From assembly GCF_000737315.1 (NCBI RefSeq), contig NZ_JMCB01000033.1:1-62712 (forward strand): a stretch of DNA of 62,712 nucleotides, in the 5' to 3' direction. The notes beneath the pieces are model-generated. The model was not told the DNA's origin. It ran no database searches and saw only the letters and a program-made list of their open reading frames with translations. Every line of letters starts with the position of its first letter. Position 1 is the first letter of the stretch. Positions 59,917 to 62,712 of this stretch are shown one piece after another. The position numbers and the translations under genes were made by a program. This DNA is from Hyalangium minutum (GTDB taxonomy: Bacteria > Myxococcota > Myxococcia > Myxococcales > Myxococcaceae).

Positions 59917-60884
59917 GATGCGATCTCTCCTCCGACGGTCCCGTGACGGGCTTCGCTCATGGCCTGGAGGAACAGATCCTCTAGCGAGAAGCGGGTCGGC
60001 TGAATCTTGGTGACGCGGCCACCCGCCGCCAGCACGCTCTGGAGGAGCGGCTGCACGTGGGCGTCCTTGGCGCGAAGCAGCAGGCGGTTGTGCAGGTCCT
60101 GCATCTGCTCGATGGGATGGCCGAGGCCGCGCACCGCGTCCGCCGCCATGCCCTCCACGGTGAGCTCCACCTCGGGCACCTGCGTGGTGAGCAGCTCCTG
60201 CACGCTGCCCTCGCGGGCCAGCCGGCCGTTGACGAGCACCGCGACCCGGGTGCACAGCGCCTCGACGTCCGGAATGATGTGCGTGCAGAAGAGCACCGTG
60301 GTGCCGCGCTCGCGCTCCTGGAGGATGAGGTCGCGGATCTCCCGCCGGCCCACCGGGTCCAGGCCGCTCGTCGGCTCGTCCAGGATGAGCAGCTTGGGCC
60401 GCCCGACAATCGCCTGCGCCAGGCCGATGCGCTGCACCATGCCCTTGGAGTAGCGCCGGATCTGCAGGCCGGCCGTGCGCGACATGCCCACCGAGCCCAG
60501 GACCTCCTTCACCCGCGCGTCCAGCTCCTTGCCGCTCAGCCCGACGAGCTGCCCGGCCAGCCGGACGAACTCCTCGCCCGTGAGGTACTCATACGGAGCG
60601 GGGTTCTCCGGCAGGAAGCCCACGTTGCGGCGGGCCTCCTTGGAGTTCGGTGGGTGCCCGAAGAGGGTTGCCGTGCCGCTCGTCGCCTGGACGAGGTTCA
60701 TCAGAATCTTGATGGTGGTGGACTTCCCAGCCCCGTTGGGGCCGAGCAGCCCGTAGACCTGTCCAGGTTCAATGGAGAGGTTGAGGTTCTGGAGAGCCAG
60801 CACCCGCTTGTTCATCCAGAACCCCAGTCGATACGTCTTCGACAGGTCCCGTGTCTCGATGGCCAGCGTCGTGGGAGCGCTCAT
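59913..60884 (-). CDS. pilH: ABC transporter ATPase, PilH-like
   Basis: GPNGAGKST, YSKGMVQR, LDEPTSGLDP. Lies between pilG-like and pilI-like genes. Confidence 0.85.
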   Translation of the reverse strand: MSAPTTLAIETRDLSKTYRLGFWMNKRVLALQNLNLSIEPGQVYGLLGPNGAGKSTTIKILMNLVQATSGTATLFGHPPNSKEARRNVGFLPENPAPYEYLTGEEFVRLAGQLVGLSGKELDARVKEVLGSVGMSRTAGLQIRRYSKGMVQRIGLAQAIVGRPKLLILDEPTSGLDPVGRREIRDLILQERERGTTVLFCTHIIPDVEALCTRVAVLVNGRLAREGSVQELLTTQVPEVELTVEGMAADAVRGLGHPIEQMQDLHNRLLLRAKDAHVQPLLQSVLAAGGRVTKIQPTRFSLEDLFLQAMSEARHGTVGGEIAS

Positions 60885-61813
60885 GGGGAGTTCGGTGCGT
60901 TGGAGTGGCCCTGCTGTTCCTTCTGCTTTTCCGACTGCTCCATCTTCTTGCGGTAGTCGATGGGCTCCAGGCGCAGGGTGCTGGAATTGGAGGCGCTGCG
61001 CCCGTCCTCGCCGATGTAGATGACGCCGCCCATGGGGTCGGTCGGGATGGCGCTCAGGTAGCCCTTCGTCACCAGCTCGGAGAGCGGCGAGGGCAGCCGC
61101 CCCTCCTTCTGCTTGAAGGCGACGATGGCGTCGTCGATCTGCACGAGCACTTGCTCGCGCTGGATCTCCTTCACGCGCTCCTCGAAGAGCTGGCGCAGCT
61201 CTGGATCTGTCTCGTTGTCCCGGAAGGACTCGGCCAGGGCCAGCGCGGCATCGAAGCGGCGGTTGAACGCCAGCATGCGCGAGGCGATCTCGGGCACGAA
61301 CTTGTCCACGGTGGGCAGCGTGGCGGCGATGCGCAGGTGCTCCGCGGCGGCCGCGTGCTCACCGAAGAAGTAGCTCAGGTTGTAGGCCAGGTAGAGGCGC
61401 AGCGAGGAATCCTGGGGGAAGTTCTTCACGCCCTTCTCGAGGATCTTCCGCGCCTCCTTCGTGTTCACCCAGTTCTCACGGCCGAGGTTCGTGGGGATGG
61501 TGTTGCCCGCGAACAGGTAGACCTTGTGGAACTTGGGATCCAGGTCCGTCACCAGGTCCGCGTAATAGAACAGGTCCAGGTAGCGGGTGGCCTCCAGGCT
61601 GCTCCCGCCGCGCCCAGCGGCTTGGATGGCCTGGAGCCAGTAGTAGTCCGCGACGAGCGATTGCTGGCCAGCGCCAATGACGCGCAGCAGCTCGATTCGA
61701 GGAAGCAGCGGGGCTTGATAGGGGCCGCGAGGCGGGTCGCGCGGCGGTTCCGAGAGGGCTGCCACCGTCCCGAGACCCGCCAGCAGAATCGCCACTGTGA
61801 CGAGGGGCTTCAT
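60881..61813 (-). CDS. pilG: PilG-like accessory protein (TPR-like helices)
   Basis: VADYYWLQAIQ, VTDLDPKF, DPMGG. Position between pilin and pilH matches the myxobacterial pilA-G-H-I order. Confidence 0.7.
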   Translation of the reverse strand: MKPLVTVAILLAGLGTVAALSEPPRDPPRGPYQAPLLPRIELLRVIGAGQQSLVADYYWLQAIQAAGRGGSSLEATRYLDLFYYADLVTDLDPKFHKVYLFAGNTIPTNLGRENWVNTKEARKILEKGVKNFPQDSSLRLYLAYNLSYFFGEHAAAAEHLRIAATLPTVDKFVPEIASRMLAFNRRFDAALALAESFRDNETDPELRQLFEERVKEIQREQVLVQIDDAIVAFKQKEGRLPSPLSELVTKGYLSAIPTDPMGGVIYIGEDGRSASNSSTLRLEPIDYRKKMEQSEKQKEQQGHSNAPNSP

Positions 61814-61842
61814 TGCTTGGAGGTCCGTACCCTACTGGCAGC

Positions 61843-61858
61843 GCCCATGGCGTGCCAA
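61843..61858 (-). promoter_or_regulatory. candidate sigma54 promoter for pilGHI
   Basis: Minus strand TTGGCACG-CCAT-GGGC: exact -24 element and a correctly spaced GC, but the -12 element lacks TT. Confidence 0.35.
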
Positions 61859-61897
61859 TGAACATCCAACACGGCAAGGCAGCAGGGCCTTCCCTGC

Positions 61898-62542
61898 CTA
61901 GTCGCAGTTCACGTCGTTGTAGACGTTGAACGGCTCACCTGCGGCGATGTGAACCGCAGCGCCGCCTGTGCTGGGGCAGACAGGCTCGACCGCTCCATCG
62001 GAAGAGGCGATGAGCCAGGAGTCCGCTTTGTCCGTCCCCATCGTGTTGTCCACATCCCCAGCGGCGTAGGCGATGAAGTGCCAGACCTGATTATTGCCGG
62101 TGGAGTAGACGCCGGGCGTCACCGTCATTCCCGCGGCGTTGGCATCGGGGCCCCAGTCCGCTGTCGCGGCGAGCGTCGGGGTGAAGAGCGGCACCAGCGA
62201 TGGGTATCGGAACGTGTCCGCCTCGACGCAGTCATCCTGCGGATTGCGCACGGAGTTCTGGGCCGAGCGGGACTCGGCGCTCGCGCAGGAGGCGGCCATG
62301 TGGTAGCTGTAGCGGTTGCCCCGCTCGGGAGCAAAGCCTGGCACGCGGATCTGCATGGGCATCTGCGTCAGCGTCTTCATCCCATTGTACAGGGACTTGA
62401 GGTTCGCAGAGACCTCGGCCTGCCGTGCACGCGCCTGGAAACGAACGAAGTTGGGAATGGCGATGGCTGCCAGGATGCCGATGATCGCCACCACGATCAT
62501 CAATTCAATCAGGGTGAAACCACGCCTTTTCTGACTGGGCAT
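61898..62542 (-). CDS. pilA: type IVa major-pilin-like protein (PilA paralogue)
   Basis: RG|FTLIELMIVVAIIGILAAIAIPNF, GFAPERGNRY, four Cys, C-terminal AGEPFNVYNDVNCD. Confidence 0.9.
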   Translation of the reverse strand: MPSQKRRGFTLIELMIVVAIIGILAAIAIPNFVRFQARARQAEVSANLKSLYNGMKTLTQMPMQIRVPGFAPERGNRYSYHMAASCASAESRSAQNSVRNPQDDCVEADTFRYPSLVPLFTPTLAATADWGPDANAAGMTVTPGVYSTGNNQVWHFIAYAAGDVDNTMGTDKADSWLIASSDGAVEPVCPSTGGAAVHIAAGEPFNVYNDVNCD

Positions 62543-62662
62543 GCGAGGGCCTCCCCACAAACAAAACAGACCGGGATGTACAAGGTCCCGGCCTGTCTTA
62601 CATCAGATATGTCGAACTGAAAATCAGTCGCAGTTCACGTCGTTGTAGACGTTGAACGGCTC
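61900..62662. repeat. 37-bp identical direct repeat at the 3' ends of the two pilins
   Basis: AGTCGCAGTTCACGTCGTTGTAGACGTTGAACGGCTC at 61900-61936 and 62626-62662. Confidence 0.9.
62559..62596 (-). terminator. intrinsic terminator between tandem pilin genes
   Basis: Minus strand ACAGGCCGGGA-ccttgtaca-TCCCGGTCTGT-TTTGTTT: 11-bp stem with one G-U pair that forms only on the minus strand, followed by a U-tract. Confidence 0.75.
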
Positions 62663-62712
62663 GCCAGCGGCGACGTTGATGTTGGTAGCGGCCGGGCACT
62701 CGGAGGCGAGCA
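62624..62712 (-). CDS. 3' end of a second PilA-like pilin (partial)
   Basis: Manual translation LASECPAATNINVAAGEPFNVYNDVNCD*. The last 15 residues are identical to the downstream pilin. Confidence 0.85.
   Translation of the reverse strand, partial: LASECPAATNINVAAGEPFNVYNDVNCD

Overview
High-GC myxobacterial chromosome segment, inferred to be Cystobacterineae from the DUF2381/kinase pair, the TIGR02266-type domain and the ribF-pilBTCSR synteny. Housekeeping genes: purU, gshA-type ligase, alaS, DinG/exonuclease, trmB, ribF. Accessory modules: (i) a circularly permuted ATP-grasp / alpha-E / GATase-II-transglutaminase fusion operon; (ii) geosmin synthase plus two family 2B (cNMP-binding) encapsulin shells, preceded by four TGACATGTCA palindromes, three of them phased at 21 bp; (iii) a type I methyltransferase (hsdM-hsdS) with no hsdR; (iv) a type IV pilus locus broken after pilR by a translationally coupled operon of two glutaminase-dead asparagine-synthetase-like ligases flanking a Zn-ribbon/TM/TOPRIM-like protein with an acidic Gly/Ser/Asp tail, followed by an inverted pilin-pilG-pilH-pilI block with tandem pilins that share a 37-bp identical 3' end. 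Best novelty candidates: the double AsnB-like operon, a tandem Hfq/Sm-like protein (41224-42420), the geosmin operator array, and the Cys-less GATase-transglutaminase fusion. I saw no rRNA, tRNA, CRISPR array, integrase or transposase. Family calls come from motif recognition by eye; no searches were run.
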